A DNA stretch of 64,000 nucleotides from Candidatus Eiseniibacteriota bacterium (GTDB lineage Bacteria; Eisenbacteria; RBG-16-71-46; JABDJR01). The stretch spans positions 1,088,001 through 1,152,000 of the forward strand of contig CAVXKA010000001.1 of NCBI GenBank assembly GCA_963762255.1, read 5' to 3'. A program made the position numbers and the translations under genes. This document shows positions 9,005 to 19,283 of the stretch, piece after piece; within the stretch, counting starts at the first letter, position 1, and every line of letters begins with the position of its first letter. Below the pieces are notes generated by a model. It searched no databases. It had not been told where the DNA came from and worked only from the letters and a program-made list of their open reading frames with translations.

Positions 9005-9184
9005 TCAGGAGTTGCCTGCCGCCGCCGCGCGGGGGGCTCCGGATCGTGTCGCCGGCCGCCGGCGCAGACCCCGGACAAAGCCGATTGCGCGACGGATCAC
9101 ATGAACGGAGAGCCCGGCGATCGAGAGTTCCAACAACCGCGTGATGCTCGTGCGTAGCGCGTCGTAATCAGCAGGTCCACACAT
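9005..9184 (-). CDS. Small hypothetical protein
   Basis: GAGGTG RBS before ATG 9184; fills the gap between two operon genes. Confidence 0.3.
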   Translation of the reverse strand: MCGPADYDALRTSITRLLELSIAGLSVHVIRRAIGFVRGLRRRPATRSGAPRAAAAGNS

Positions 9185-9188
9185 CAAC

Positions 9189-9815
9189 TCACCTCTCTGC
9201 AAGGGGGGTCTTGTTCCCCGCGACGCGGGTCGAGATCGCCCACCCGACGACCGCAGCCAAGGCGCCGCCGATCAAGCTCACCATCAACAGCACAGGTACG
9301 GCCTTCCAGGCGACCCACCCCGCCGTCCTCGGGAAGATCACGGTCCAGTAGAAGACGAGCAGCCCGGTGTTCGCCCCACACGCGGCGATGACGAATCGAA
9401 CCGGCGGCCGCAGACGCCGAGTGAGCCTCAGCAGGCCGTCCGCCACGATGCCGCAGATGAGGAGGGCCAAGATGAACCAGGCGCTTCCGAACGCACCCTT
9501 GCCCCCCGTGGCCCGTTCGAAGATCGGCCTGAGGGCACCATAGGACAGGGAGAAGCCGAGGGCGCCGATCGACGCGCCGCCGATTCTCCCCATCGTCGAC
9601 GACGAGGCCAGCATGAACACCAGCGCCACCGGGCCAAGAACGAGGGCGATGCCGGCTCCGGGTCCCGGGAGCTTCAGTACCTGATGCATCAGCGTGGAGA
9701 TGGCGCCTCCCGGAAATACAAACAGGAAGAAGGCGCCACCAACCGCCCCGATGAGAAAGGCCAGCCCCGCGCTTCTCAACATCGTCCGTGAGCGCGGTCT
9801 TTGCGGAGCAACCAT
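9189..9815 (-). CDS. Hypothetical multi-pass membrane protein (possible ECF-like metal-uptake component)
   Basis: About six hydrophobic Gly-rich segments; first gene of the Fur/FmdE/DUF364 run. Function is inferred from context only. Confidence 0.55.
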   Translation of the reverse strand: MVAPQRPRSRTMLRSAGLAFLIGAVGGAFFLFVFPGGAISTLMHQVLKLPGPGAGIALVLGPVALVFMLASSSTMGRIGGASIGALGFSLSYGALRPIFERATGGKGAFGSAWFILALLICGIVADGLLRLTRRLRPPVRFVIAACGANTGLLVFYWTVIFPRTAGWVAWKAVPVLLMVSLIGGALAAVVGWAISTRVAGNKTPLAER

Positions 9816-9878
9816 TTCGCTTTCGAGGCCCCCCTGCGTTTGAGTGGCAGCCCGGAAACGTTACCCGACGCCCGGTGT

Positions 9879-9899
9879 AAACGCAACTAAGTTGCATTT
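9879..9899. promoter_or_regulatory. Palindromic operator, candidate Fur-family box
   Basis: AAAcGCAACT-A-AGTTGCaTTT dyad, AT-rich, about 65 bp upstream of an operon that encodes a Fur-family regulator. Confidence 0.55.
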
Positions 9900-10023
9900 C
9901 GGATTCGTGGGCGCCACCGTGCCGCCACCGTGCTACCGTGCCGCCGCCGTGCTACCCTACCGCCGCCGGGCCGCCCGGAGCCGCTTTCGGCGACGGAGCC
10001 GCAGGTCCGGAGAGGGGAGAGCG

Positions 10024-10806
10024 ATGACGACCTCGCGCGCGTTCCTTCGCCCGGCCGCAACGGCGGCGTTTCTTCTGGTCGTGTTCGCAGCATGCGGAGG
10101 ACCCAAGGGGGACCAGGCCCGCAAGGGCGACGAGGGCCTCCCTCCGGGTCCCGTTGTCACCACGCATGAGACCGGTCTCGCCGCGGACACCCTCGCCGAG
10201 TTCCTCAATCCCTTCTTCGTGCCCTACAACCGCGCGCTCTATATGACGTCGCAGGGCGATCCGGCCGCCGCTGCGGCGCTCGACTCCGCGCACGCGGCGT
10301 GGGCCGCCTTCGCCGACCGCGCGCCCAAGGTCTACACCGACGACGTGAAGTGGCCGGCCCGCCGGGACGACGTGGAGACTGCGCTCGTCCATGCGGTGAC
10401 CCTTCTCCGCAGGGGTGACACCAAGGCCGCGCACCTCGCGCTGGAGCCGGTGCGCCTGCAGTTGAGCGACCAGAATCACGAGGTGGGGATCGTCGCGTGG
10501 CCGGATCTTCTGCTGGCGTTCCATGAACCGATGGAGGAGTTGGTCGAGGCGAAGGACGCGCAGTTCATGCGCTCACGGGTGGTGGCGCTGCGGCTCGCTC
10601 TGAGCAAGCTCGGCGGCTACCCTCTCGGACGGTTCAACGCCGCCGAACGCGAGCGGATGGGGTTGAGGCTGAACCAGATCGCGGTCGAACTCGACAGCGT
10701 CGAGATCTCCATGGGGGAGACCGCGGCCGATCTCGCGGAGCCGCACCGGCACGCGACACAGCTCAAGAAGGCCTTCGTGGATCTCTACACGCACTCGCGG
10801 TACTAG
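10024..10806 (+). CDS. Hypothetical alpha-helical lipoprotein
   Basis: GAGGGGAG RBS; signal peptide with lipobox FAAC-G. Confidence 0.6.
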   Translation: MTTSRAFLRPAATAAFLLVVFAACGGPKGDQARKGDEGLPPGPVVTTHETGLAADTLAEFLNPFFVPYNRALYMTSQGDPAAAAALDSAHAAWAAFADRAPKVYTDDVKWPARRDDVETALVHAVTLLRRGDTKAAHLALEPVRLQLSDQNHEVGIVAWPDLLLAFHEPMEELVEAKDAQFMRSRVVALRLALSKLGGYPLGRFNAAERERMGLRLNQIAVELDSVEISMGETAADLAEPHRHATQLKKAFVDLYTHSRY

Positions 10807-10813
10807 CGGCACC

Positions 10814-11992
10814 CTATCCGGAAATGTGAATCGTCCCGCTCCCGGCGTCCAGTTTCACGCTGGCCTTGCCGTCTCCGATCGTGAAATCCAATTCGTCGTG
10901 CGCCACCTTGTGGACGTTCTCGTTCTCGAAGTCCACGTGGATGTTGCCGCTCCCCGTCTCTGCGTGGACTCTGGCCGAGCCGTCGGGGGGGATCACTAAC
11001 TCGATGCCGCCGCTTCCGGTGTCGATCACGAAGGGGCCGGGGCCCATGCGGGTGAGCGCGAGCCGCACGCCGCCGCTCCCCGTGTCCAGGTTCGCCTCGT
11101 CGGTGGCGATGTCCCGGGCATCGATGTTGCCGCTGCCGGTGTCCGCGCTGAAGACCTTGCAGCGCGCGCCGGTCACGGTGACATTGCCGGAGCCTGTGTC
11201 GGCCAGGACCTTGTCGCCCGAAGCGTTCGTGATGCTCACGTTGCCGCTGCCGGTGTCCGCGTGGACTTCGCCTTCAACGCCCTCCGCGGTCACGTTGCCG
11301 CTCCCTGTGTCGGCCGAGAACCGACCGATGATGCGAGCCGCCGTCACGTTGCCGCTGCCGGTATCCGCCACCAACGTTCCCCGGATGCCGCTCGCCGAGA
11401 TGTTGCCGCTGGCGTTGTCGAGGCTCAGGTCGCCCTCGACATCGGTGGCCTCCATGCGGCCCGTGCCGTGATCGACTTCCAGGCTCATGCCCTTCGGCAC
11501 CTTCACCGTGACGTCGGCCCAGATCTCCAGCCCCTTGCCATCGCCGCTCACTTCGATCTTCGTGATATGGAGCGCCCCCGCGATAGCCCGCCACCAGCTA
11601 TCGTGCTCGCCCGACTTGGTGTGATTGGCCATGAACGAAGACCGCGAGCCGTGCCCGAGCTTCGGGTAGACGTACTTGGTGCTCTCTTCGAGCGGGAACC
11701 TCACCGAGACCTCGGCGTCCCGCCCGCGCTTAGTCTCGATCTTGATCCGCTCGCGGGTCGCGTCCTTGCCCTGGACGCGGATCTCGACCTCGAAGTTCGA
11801 ACCCGTGGCGGGTACGACCTGGATCTCTCCGATCAGGTTGTTCACGCGGAGGCTGCCCGCATCGAGGCTCATCGTCTCCGTGAATTCGGCCCCGGCGGCC
11901 TGAGTCCCGGCGACCTGGACGAGCAGAGCGGTCATGCCCGCCAAGAGGAAGACGACGACCAGACCGATTCCGGCCTTGCGATTCAATGACAT
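10814..11992 (-). CDS. DUF4097 family beta-strand repeat protein
   Basis: N-terminal TM/signal segment; repeated ADTGSGNV motifs at about 19-20 aa spacing. Confidence 0.85.
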   Translation of the reverse strand: MSLNRKAGIGLVVVFLLAGMTALLVQVAGTQAAGAEFTETMSLDAGSLRVNNLIGEIQVVPATGSNFEVEIRVQGKDATRERIKIETKRGRDAEVSVRFPLEESTKYVYPKLGHGSRSSFMANHTKSGEHDSWWRAIAGALHITKIEVSGDGKGLEIWADVTVKVPKGMSLEVDHGTGRMEATDVEGDLSLDNASGNISASGIRGTLVADTGSGNVTAARIIGRFSADTGSGNVTAEGVEGEVHADTGSGNVSITNASGDKVLADTGSGNVTVTGARCKVFSADTGSGNIDARDIATDEANLDTGSGGVRLALTRMGPGPFVIDTGSGGIELVIPPDGSARVHAETGSGNIHVDFENENVHKVAHDELDFTIGDGKASVKLDAGSGTIHISG

Positions 11993-12080
11993 AGCGCCTC
12001 CGATGGATTGGGCACCCAGGGTCTGAGGGAAAGGCAGTCTGCCGCCTCATACGGCGGCTTCGCGGATGGGGTTGCGCGGA

Positions 12081-14069
12081 TCATTGCACCTCGGCCGAGG
12101 ACCCGGGGACCTCCCTCCAAGGCTCGCTTCGCCCCCCCAGGTGCCGGGCCAGGAACTCCTCGACGCGCCCCAAGAAGTCCAAGTTGTTCTCCGGCCTCAC
12201 GAAACCGTGTCCCTCGTCGGGGTAGACCACCAGAGTGACCGGAAGGTTGCGCTCGCGCAGCGCGGCGGCGATGGCCTCCGACTCCGAGAGCTTGACCCGG
12301 GGGTCGTTGGCCCCGTGCCCGATCAGGAGAGGGGCGCGGATGGCGTCGGCGTGGAAGAGAGGGGAGATCCGCCGGTTGAACTCCGCGTCTCCCTCGACGT
12401 CGCCCACGCGCAGCTTCCATCGGACCTTGCGAACCCTCCAATAGGGGGGCATGGATTCGAACAGGGTGGCCACGTTTGAGGGGCCCACCATGTCGACCGC
12501 GCAGGCGTAGAGATCCGGGGTGAACGCGATCCCTGCCAGCGTGGCGTAGCCGCCATACGAGCCGCCCATGATCGCCACGCGTTTGGGATCGGCGATGCCC
12601 TCGGCGATGGCCCACCGAACGCCGTCGGTCAGATCGTGCTGCATCGCGCCCACGCCCCACTGTTCGGTGGACGCGTTCAGGAACGCCTTGCCATAGCCGA
12701 CCGAGCCGCGGAAGTTGGGCTGGAGCACCGCGTAGCCACGGTTGGCGAGGAGCTGCACCCACGGGTCGAAGCCGTAGTCGTCGCGGGCCCACGGGCCGCC
12801 GTGAGGCACGATCACGAAGGGCAGACCGCGCGGTTCCACCCCCGCCGGGAGCGTGAGGTAGGCGGGGATGACCAGCCCGTCGCGCGCGGCGTAGGTCACG
12901 GGCCTGGTGGCGGCGAGCGCGTACCCGTCGAGGGCGGGCATCGTGTCGAAGATCGGCTCGGTGGTTCGCGTCGCACGATCGTAGAGGACGTAGTTCGGCG
13001 GCCGGCTCGGCGAGGCATAGCGCACCACCCAGAGCCGGTCCGCGTCGTCGCGGCTCTCGATCGTGAACGCGCCCCGCCCGAGGCGGCCGAGGGCCTCGAA
13101 ATCCTCCTTCACAGCGGGATCGATCACCGTCCACCGCGGGATCAGATAGTCGAACCCCACCGCCTGCACGTCATGGGTGTCGGGATCGCGCATCACCTGC
13201 GGGGCCCACCAGGTGTTCCACACGTCGCACGAGTCGTCGGCGGCGATGGTGCGGATCTCCTCGCCTGTCGCGAGATCGAGAAGCGCGATGCGCGACTTGT
13301 CGCCGTTCATGCTCGTCTGCACCAGGAGCTGCGTGCCGTCTTCGGCGAACCCGATCACCTTCTGGTAGAGGACTTCGCCCGCCTCCCAGAACGGCCAGCG
13401 CACGAGATCGCGCCACGGCCCGCCGGCCTCGTCGCGCACGCGAAGGATGGTGTCGTTGGTCTCCGCGTCGAGCGCGGTCGCGGCGCGGATGCGGAAATCG
13501 TGGTCGGTGGCCCAGTCGGTCACGTCACCGGGGTTCTCCACCTCCAGCACGACCTCGCCGGTGTCGAGCCGGACGCGGTGCATGTCGAACACCGCGGGAT
13601 CGCGTCTGTTGAGGCCGACCAGGAACTCTTTCGGATACTTGCGGTCGGTGAGGAGGTTCTGCGCGGCGACGCCGTCGAAGGGGGTGAGATCGCGCGGCGC
13701 GCTGTCCTCGGCGAGATCGCTCGCGTAAACGTGGTAGTTCTCGTCGCCGTCCCTGTCCTGGATGTAGAGCAGGTGCCGGTTGTCATGGGCCCACGCGTAG
13801 GTCCAGATACCCTGACCGGTGTCATGGGTGATCTGGGTGTCGTCGGTGCGGCCCCGCGTGCGCACCCAGATGTTCATGACGCCCCCTTCGCCGGGGGCGA
13901 GATAGGCGAGCCGCGCGCCGTCGGGGGAGATCGCCGGCGATTCCTTGGCCGGATTCCCGATCAGGATCTCGCGCGGGATGAGGGGAGGAGGCTCGGCCCG
14001 GACCGGGCTCGCGGGGGCGAGCCAGACGGGGAGCAGGGCGAGAAGGGCGGCGATGATACGAGACGGCAC
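12081..14069 (-). CDS. S9 family peptidase (dipeptidyl aminopeptidase/acylaminoacyl peptidase), exported
   Basis: PHGGPW, NFRGSVGYG, GGSYGG nucleophile, NDPRV, DEGHG; signal peptide follows GTG 14069. Confidence 0.9.
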   Translation of the reverse strand: MPSRIIAALLALLPVWLAPASPVRAEPPPLIPREILIGNPAKESPAISPDGARLAYLAPGEGGVMNIWVRTRGRTDDTQITHDTGQGIWTYAWAHDNRHLLYIQDRDGDENYHVYASDLAEDSAPRDLTPFDGVAAQNLLTDRKYPKEFLVGLNRRDPAVFDMHRVRLDTGEVVLEVENPGDVTDWATDHDFRIRAATALDAETNDTILRVRDEAGGPWRDLVRWPFWEAGEVLYQKVIGFAEDGTQLLVQTSMNGDKSRIALLDLATGEEIRTIAADDSCDVWNTWWAPQVMRDPDTHDVQAVGFDYLIPRWTVIDPAVKEDFEALGRLGRGAFTIESRDDADRLWVVRYASPSRPPNYVLYDRATRTTEPIFDTMPALDGYALAATRPVTYAARDGLVIPAYLTLPAGVEPRGLPFVIVPHGGPWARDDYGFDPWVQLLANRGYAVLQPNFRGSVGYGKAFLNASTEQWGVGAMQHDLTDGVRWAIAEGIADPKRVAIMGGSYGGYATLAGIAFTPDLYACAVDMVGPSNVATLFESMPPYWRVRKVRWKLRVGDVEGDAEFNRRISPLFHADAIRAPLLIGHGANDPRVKLSESEAIAAALRERNLPVTLVVYPDEGHGFVRPENNLDFLGRVEEFLARHLGGRSEPWREVPGSSAEVQ

Positions 14070-14186
14070 GGCGCACCTCGGGCGGACTGATTGGGGAGCC
14101 CGATCCTGCCACTTCACCTGGCTCTTGGGCAAGCGCGGGACGATGAGTAGAATAGGGGTCCACCCTTCTCCACCGGGAGGCAGTTG

Positions 14187-14504
14187 ATGGACTGGCACGA
14201 ACTGGAAAAGACCAAAGTCGCCCAGCTTCGAGAGATGGCCAAAGAGAAGTTGGGGCTGGAAGGCACGATCGGCATGACGAAGGAGCATCTGGTCGAGGCC
14301 CTGGCCAAGGCGCTCAACATCGAGAAGCCGCACAAGGTCGTGCACGGCGCGCAGAAGACGCGGGTCAAGCAGGAGATTCGTGCGCTCAAGGCGGCGCGCA
14401 TCGAGGCTCTGGAGAAGGGCGACAAGACCGCGCTCGCTCGGGCCCGCCAGAAGATCCACCGGCTGCGGCGCGATCTGCGCAAGATGGCCACGGTGGCGAG
14501 TTAG
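14187..14504 (+). CDS. Small basic protein with a Rho N-terminal-like domain
   Basis: LEKTKVAQLREMAKEKLGLEG...MTKEHLVEAL; GGAGG RBS. Confidence 0.6.
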   Translation: MDWHELEKTKVAQLREMAKEKLGLEGTIGMTKEHLVEALAKALNIEKPHKVVHGAQKTRVKQEIRALKAARIEALEKGDKTALARARQKIHRLRRDLRKMATVAS

Positions 14505-14565
14505 CGTTGCTGCTCTCGGGCGGCGCGAGACGGCTCGCGCCGCCTGAACATGCTCGTGACGGACC

Positions 14566-15600
14566 CTACCGCGTCTTGAGCGCGAACCCGATCATCTTGT
14601 AGAGGAGCCGCGCGCCGACGTTGCCGTCCCATTCGCTCTTCCCCTCGGGGTCGGGAGCGACCTCGCTCAAGTCGAACCCCACGACGCGCCGCCCGCTCTC
14701 TGCCACCTTGCGGAGGAGCGAGACGGCCTCGGCGAATGAGAAACCGCCCGGCACCGGCGTGCCGGTGTGCGGGCAGAGCGCAGGGTCGAGCCCGTCGATG
14801 TCGAAGGAGAGATACACCTCTTTCGGCAGCGGCGCGATCATCTCGTCGACCAGAGCGCTCCACGTTGTGCCGTCCTGCATCCGCCGCCGCGTGTCGGTCT
14901 CGAAGAACGCTCGGATGCGATCCGGGTTCTCGCGGATGAGCGCTTCCTCGCGCCCGCCGAAATCGCGGATGCCCACCTGCACCAGTCGCTCCACCTGCGG
15001 CAGTCGACGCACGACGTTGAACATGATCGAGGCGTGCGACCAGGCGAATCCCTCGTAGGCCTCGCGCAGATCCGCGTGCGCGTCGAGGTGCAGGATGCCC
15101 ATGCCCGGGTGCCGTTCCGCCACCGCGCGGATGAGGCCGAACGGCGAAGAGTGATCGCCGCCCACGACCCCCACCAGTTTGCCTCGGTCGAGCCACTCGC
15201 CGGCGGTGCGGTACACCCATGCGTTCATCTCTTCGCAGTACGCGTCGACCCGCGCGGCGAGACCCGCGACCGAGCCGTCGTGCTCCACGCCTCCCGCGGC
15301 GATGACGTGTTCCGCCAGCGCGCGCGCCTCGGCGCTCTTCTCCCGCATCGCGCCCGAAACCGGGAGCATGGCGATGCCGCGCCCGTAGGGGCGACCGGTC
15401 TCGCGGTCGAAGAGGTCCACCTGCGCGCTCGCGGCGAGAATTGCCTCCGGTGCGCCCGCCGCCCCCGGGCGGTAGGAGACGGTGGCCTCCCACGGCACCG
15501 GCACCAGGATGACCTCGGCGTCGTCCGGCGCGAACGGAAGGCCGAAGATGCCGTCGCCGGCGGCGGGAGCGTCGGGATCAAAACGGAGAGACATGGTCAT
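14566..15600 (-). CDS. Agmatinase/ureohydrolase family protein
   Basis: GGDHS, HLDAHADLR, SHAS, SFDIDGLDP, GTPVPGG. Confidence 0.9.
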   Translation of the reverse strand: MTMSLRFDPDAPAAGDGIFGLPFAPDDAEVILVPVPWEATVSYRPGAAGAPEAILAASAQVDLFDRETGRPYGRGIAMLPVSGAMREKSAEARALAEHVIAAGGVEHDGSVAGLAARVDAYCEEMNAWVYRTAGEWLDRGKLVGVVGGDHSSPFGLIRAVAERHPGMGILHLDAHADLREAYEGFAWSHASIMFNVVRRLPQVERLVQVGIRDFGGREEALIRENPDRIRAFFETDTRRRMQDGTTWSALVDEMIAPLPKEVYLSFDIDGLDPALCPHTGTPVPGGFSFAEAVSLLRKVAESGRRVVGFDLSEVAPDPEGKSEWDGNVGARLLYKMIGFALKTR

Positions 15601-15801
15601 CTACCCCTTGGTGCGACAGAATGGGTATCCAAGAGAGAAAATCCGGCAATATAGAGCGCTGTTGGCCTCGGCGCGCAGGTCCTGCATCGCAACCGTCGCC
15701 CCACGGTATCCTGGAAGTCTCATATCCAGAGCATGAAGGGCCCAATCGCGACGGAATAGGGGATGATACGCGCCGGTGCCTCGTTCTCGCCAGGAGGTCT
15801 T

Positions 15802-16941
15802 ATGAGCATGGTCATTGGTGTCCCAAAGGAAACTCATCGTCACGAGCACCGCGTCGGGCTCACCCCGTTCGCGGTGGCGCGGCTCACCCGGGAAGGCCAC
15901 ACCGTCCTCGTGGAACGCGAGGCGGGTGCCGGCGGACATTTCGGTGACCGCGACTTCCAGAACGCGGGAGCGCGCACCGTCTACAGCGCGGAGGAGGTCT
16001 ACCAGCGCTCGGACATGGTCGCCCGCGTGGGCATGTTGAGCACCGAGGAACTCGAATTCCTCAAGCCCGGGCTCATCGTGACCGGCTTCCATCATCTTGC
16101 CGTGTCGTCCCGCCCGATGGTGGAGCGGCTGCTGCAGAAGGAAATCACCCTCGTCGGGTACGAGATCATCGAGGACGGCTCCGGCGACCTGCCGGTGCTG
16201 CTGCCGTTCAGCGAGATGGCGGGCCAGATGGCGGTGCACCTGGCCGCTCACTACGCGCAGAACTCGACCGGAGGCCGCGGCATCCTGCTGGGCAGCGTCC
16301 CCGGGGTGCCTCCGCCCACCGTGCTGATCCTGGGCGCCGGCACCGTAGGCCGCGCGGCCGCGCGCCAGGCGCTGGCCAGCGGCGCGCATGTGATCGTGCT
16401 GGACGCCGACCTCGCCAAGCTCCGTCGCCTGAACCGCGACTTCCTGGGCCGGGCGGTGACGGTGATGGCCGGCCTCGAGCGGCTGGAGAAGTACACGGCG
16501 CTCTCCGACGTGGTCATCGGGGCCATCCTGATCCCCGGCGGGCGGCCGGACCTGCTCATCACCGAAGCAATGGTGAAGAGTATGAAGCAGGGGAGCGTGA
16601 TTATCGACGTATCTATCGATCAGGGCGGTTGCGTGGAGACGAGCCGGCCCACGGACATCGAGAACCCGACTTTCAAGGTCCACGGGGCGCTTCACTACTG
16701 CGTCCCCAACATGACCGCGAACATTCCGCGGACGGCGTCGCGTGCGCTGGCTACCGCGGCCCTGCCTTACCTGCTGCGTCTTGCCGAGAAGGGCTTGGCG
16801 GGGGCGGCCGGTGAGGATCCGGGTCTCGCTGCAGGGGTCTATCTCTGTCGGGGGAAGATGGTGAAGAAGGTGGTGGGAGAGACCCTCGGGTTCCCGGTGA
16901 CCCCGCTCGCGTCCCTCCTGGAAAAGGGAGCGCGGTCATGA
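15802..16941 (+). CDS. ald: Alanine dehydrogenase
   Basis: IGVPKE, EHRVGLTP, SEMAGQM, GGRGILLG, GAGTVG, DVSIDQGGC, HYCVPNM; AGGAGG RBS. Confidence 0.85.
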   Translation: MSMVIGVPKETHRHEHRVGLTPFAVARLTREGHTVLVEREAGAGGHFGDRDFQNAGARTVYSAEEVYQRSDMVARVGMLSTEELEFLKPGLIVTGFHHLAVSSRPMVERLLQKEITLVGYEIIEDGSGDLPVLLPFSEMAGQMAVHLAAHYAQNSTGGRGILLGSVPGVPPPTVLILGAGTVGRAAARQALASGAHVIVLDADLAKLRRLNRDFLGRAVTVMAGLERLEKYTALSDVVIGAILIPGGRPDLLITEAMVKSMKQGSVIIDVSIDQGGCVETSRPTDIENPTFKVHGALHYCVPNMTANIPRTASRALATAALPYLLRLAEKGLAGAAGEDPGLAAGVYLCRGKMVKKVVGETLGFPVTPLASLLEKGARS

Positions 16942-18235
16942 GTTGGTACGACGACTACAAGAGCAAGCTGGTGCCTGCTGCCGAAGCAGTGTCCCAGATC
17001 AAGAGCGGCGACAACGTCTACTACGGCGGCAACGCGGCCATCCCGTTCGGGCTGGTGCGGGCGCTGGCCGGTCGGCGGGATGAACTCACCGACGTGCATC
17101 TGAGCCACGTGCTCTTGGTGGGCAAGGATCCGCTCTCCACGCCGGACATGGCCGGCTCCTTCCGCCACAACTCCCTCTTCGTGGGTCCCGCGGATCGCGA
17201 AGCGGTCAACGACGGGCGCGCCGACTACGTGCCGGTCTTCCTCTACATGATTCCCCGTCTCTTCCTCGACAAGATCATCCCGGTCGACACGGCGATGGTC
17301 ATGACGTCCCCCCCGACGAGCACGGCTTCATGAGCCTCGGGGTGGAGACGCTGGCCTCGAAGGCGGCGTGCCAGATGGCCAAGCGCGTGGTCGTGCAGGT
17401 CAACGAGAAGATGCCGCGCGTGCTGGGCGACTGCTTCCTGCACGTGAACCGCGTGGACGCGATCGTGGAGCACACCGAGGGCCTGCCGCAGCTCGAGGTG
17501 AAGCCGGCCAACCCGGTGGAGCTTGCGATCGGCGCGAACATCCTGAAGCTCATCGAACCGGGGGCGACCCTGCAGATGGGCATCGGAGGGGTCCCCGACG
17601 CAGTGTTCGCGGCGCTGAGCGGGCCGCTCGATCTGGGCATCCACACCGAGATGCTCTCGGACGGCGGGATGCACGCGATCGAGCGCGGCGTGGTGACCGG
17701 GAACCGCAAGAGCCTCCACCCCGGCAAGGTCGTGATCACGTTCGCGCTGGGTACCGACAAGCTCTACGAGTTCCTCGACAACAACCCGCTCATCGAGGCC
17801 CATCCGGTCAGCCACGTGAACGATCCCTTCGTGGCCAGCCAGAACGACAATCTGGTGGCGGTGAACTCGGCGATCGAGGTGGATCTCACCGGCCAGGTGT
17901 GCTCGGACTCCATCGGCACCTATATCTACTCCGGGTTCGGCGGTCAGGTGGACTTCATCCGCGCCGCCGCGCGCTCCAAGGGCGGGAAGCCGGTCATCGC
18001 GGTGCAGGCCACCGCGCAGGGCGGCAAGATGTCGCGCATCGTGCCGATGCTCAAGCCGGGGGCGGGGGTGGTGACGAGTCGGGCCGACGTGCATTACGTG
18101 GTGACGGAGTACGGCACGGCCTACCTGTTCGGGAAGAACCTCCGGCAGCGCGTGGAGGCCCTGATCGCCATCGCGGACCCGAAGTTCCAGGACGAGCTGG
18201 AGAAGGCGGCGAAGGAACGCAAGCTGCTGCCCTGA
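16938..18235 (+). CDS. Acetyl-CoA hydrolase/4-hydroxybutyrate CoA-transferase family (frameshift in the C-run at 17308-17314)
   Basis: Adding one base restores SPPDEHGFMSLG; also LQMGIGGVP, GIHTEM, SGFGGQVDF, VVTEYG. Confidence 0.85.
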
Positions 18236-18275
18236 GCCTTTGCGCGGAGACGTCCCTTCGCTACCCTAGGCGGGT

Positions 18276-19244
18276 ATGACCCGGGTTGTTCTCGTCACAC
18301 CGGCAGATCCAAGCGGTTGCACCGGAAACGCGGTGACCGCCCATCGCTGGGCGCGGCTTCTGCGCCGGCTCGGCTGCCGCGTCCGGGTCGTTCATGCCTA
18401 CGAGGGCGAGCCGTGCGATCTTCTCATCGCGCTCCACGCGAGGAAGAGCGCGGCGTCGGTGGCGCGCGTCCGGCGCGAGTCGCCGGAGACTCCGATCGTG
18501 GTCGCGCTCACCGGCACGGATCTCTACCACGATCTTCGCCGCAGCGCCTCGGCGCGGCGCACCATCGACGTCGCTTCGAAGCTCGTCGTCCTTCAGCCGC
18601 TCGCTCTCCGCGAGCTCCCCGCTCGCTACTGGCCCAAGACGGTGGTGATCCGCCAGTCGGTGCGCATGCCCTGGGTGCGTCCCCCGGCGCGTGCGCGACA
18701 CTTCGACGTCGCCGTGCTCTCGCACCTGCGGCGCGTGAAGGATCCGTTGCGCGCGGCGTACGCGGCGAGACGCCTTCCCCCCGAGTCGCGCATCCGCGTG
18801 CTGCACGCGGGAGCGGCGCTGGAGATCGCGTATCTCGACCGCGTGCGGGCGGAGGCCGAGCGCAACCCGCGGTACGTGTGGAAAGGGGAGCTCCCGCGCT
18901 GGAAGGCCAAACGTCTCCTCGCTTCGAGTCACCTTCTCCTGGTCACGTCGCTATTGGAGGGCGGTGCCAACGTGATCTCCGAAGCGGCGGTGGCCAGTGT
19001 GCCGATCCTGGCCACCCGCGTCCCAGGCAACATCGGTCTTCTCGGCAAGACCTATCCCGGCTATTTCGACGTAGGCGACACCGAGGGTCTGGCGGAACTC
19101 ATGCACCGCGCCGAGACCGACCGCGATTTCTACGCCGACCTCGTTCGCCACGTGCGGGCGCTCAAGCGGTTGCTGCTTCCGGCCCGGGAGCTCGCCGCCT
19201 GGAAACTCGAGCTGGAAGAACTTTGTGGCGGGCTCGGTTCGTAG
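18276..19244 (+). CDS. senB: SenB-like selenosugar synthase glycosyltransferase (TIGR04348 family)
   Basis: GNAVTAHRW, IALHARKS, ALTGTDLY, HLRRVKDP, EGGANVISEA, YPGYFDVGD. Confidence 0.75.
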   Translation: MTRVVLVTPADPSGCTGNAVTAHRWARLLRRLGCRVRVVHAYEGEPCDLLIALHARKSAASVARVRRESPETPIVVALTGTDLYHDLRRSASARRTIDVASKLVVLQPLALRELPARYWPKTVVIRQSVRMPWVRPPARARHFDVAVLSHLRRVKDPLRAAYAARRLPPESRIRVLHAGAALEIAYLDRVRAEAERNPRYVWKGELPRWKAKRLLASSHLLLVTSLLEGGANVISEAAVASVPILATRVPGNIGLLGKTYPGYFDVGDTEGLAELMHRAETDRDFYADLVRHVRALKRLLLPARELAAWKLELEELCGGLGS

Positions 19245-19283
19245 TGTAGCCTTGATCGCTCCCGGGGCCCTGGGGATGGAACC

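Noticed and set aside
12081-14459. 792-aa full-length call for the S9 peptidase
   Set aside because: The first ~130 codons are antisense to the real gene at 14187-14504; the signal peptide begins near 14069
15601-15801. Riboswitch between the agmatinase-family gene and ald
   Set aside because: No recognisable conserved riboswitch motif; only a short hairpin
17308-17314. Poly-C tract as a phase-variation switch in the CoA-transferase
   Set aside because: The run is short (7 C) and in a metabolic gene; similar single indels elsewhere point to sequencing error
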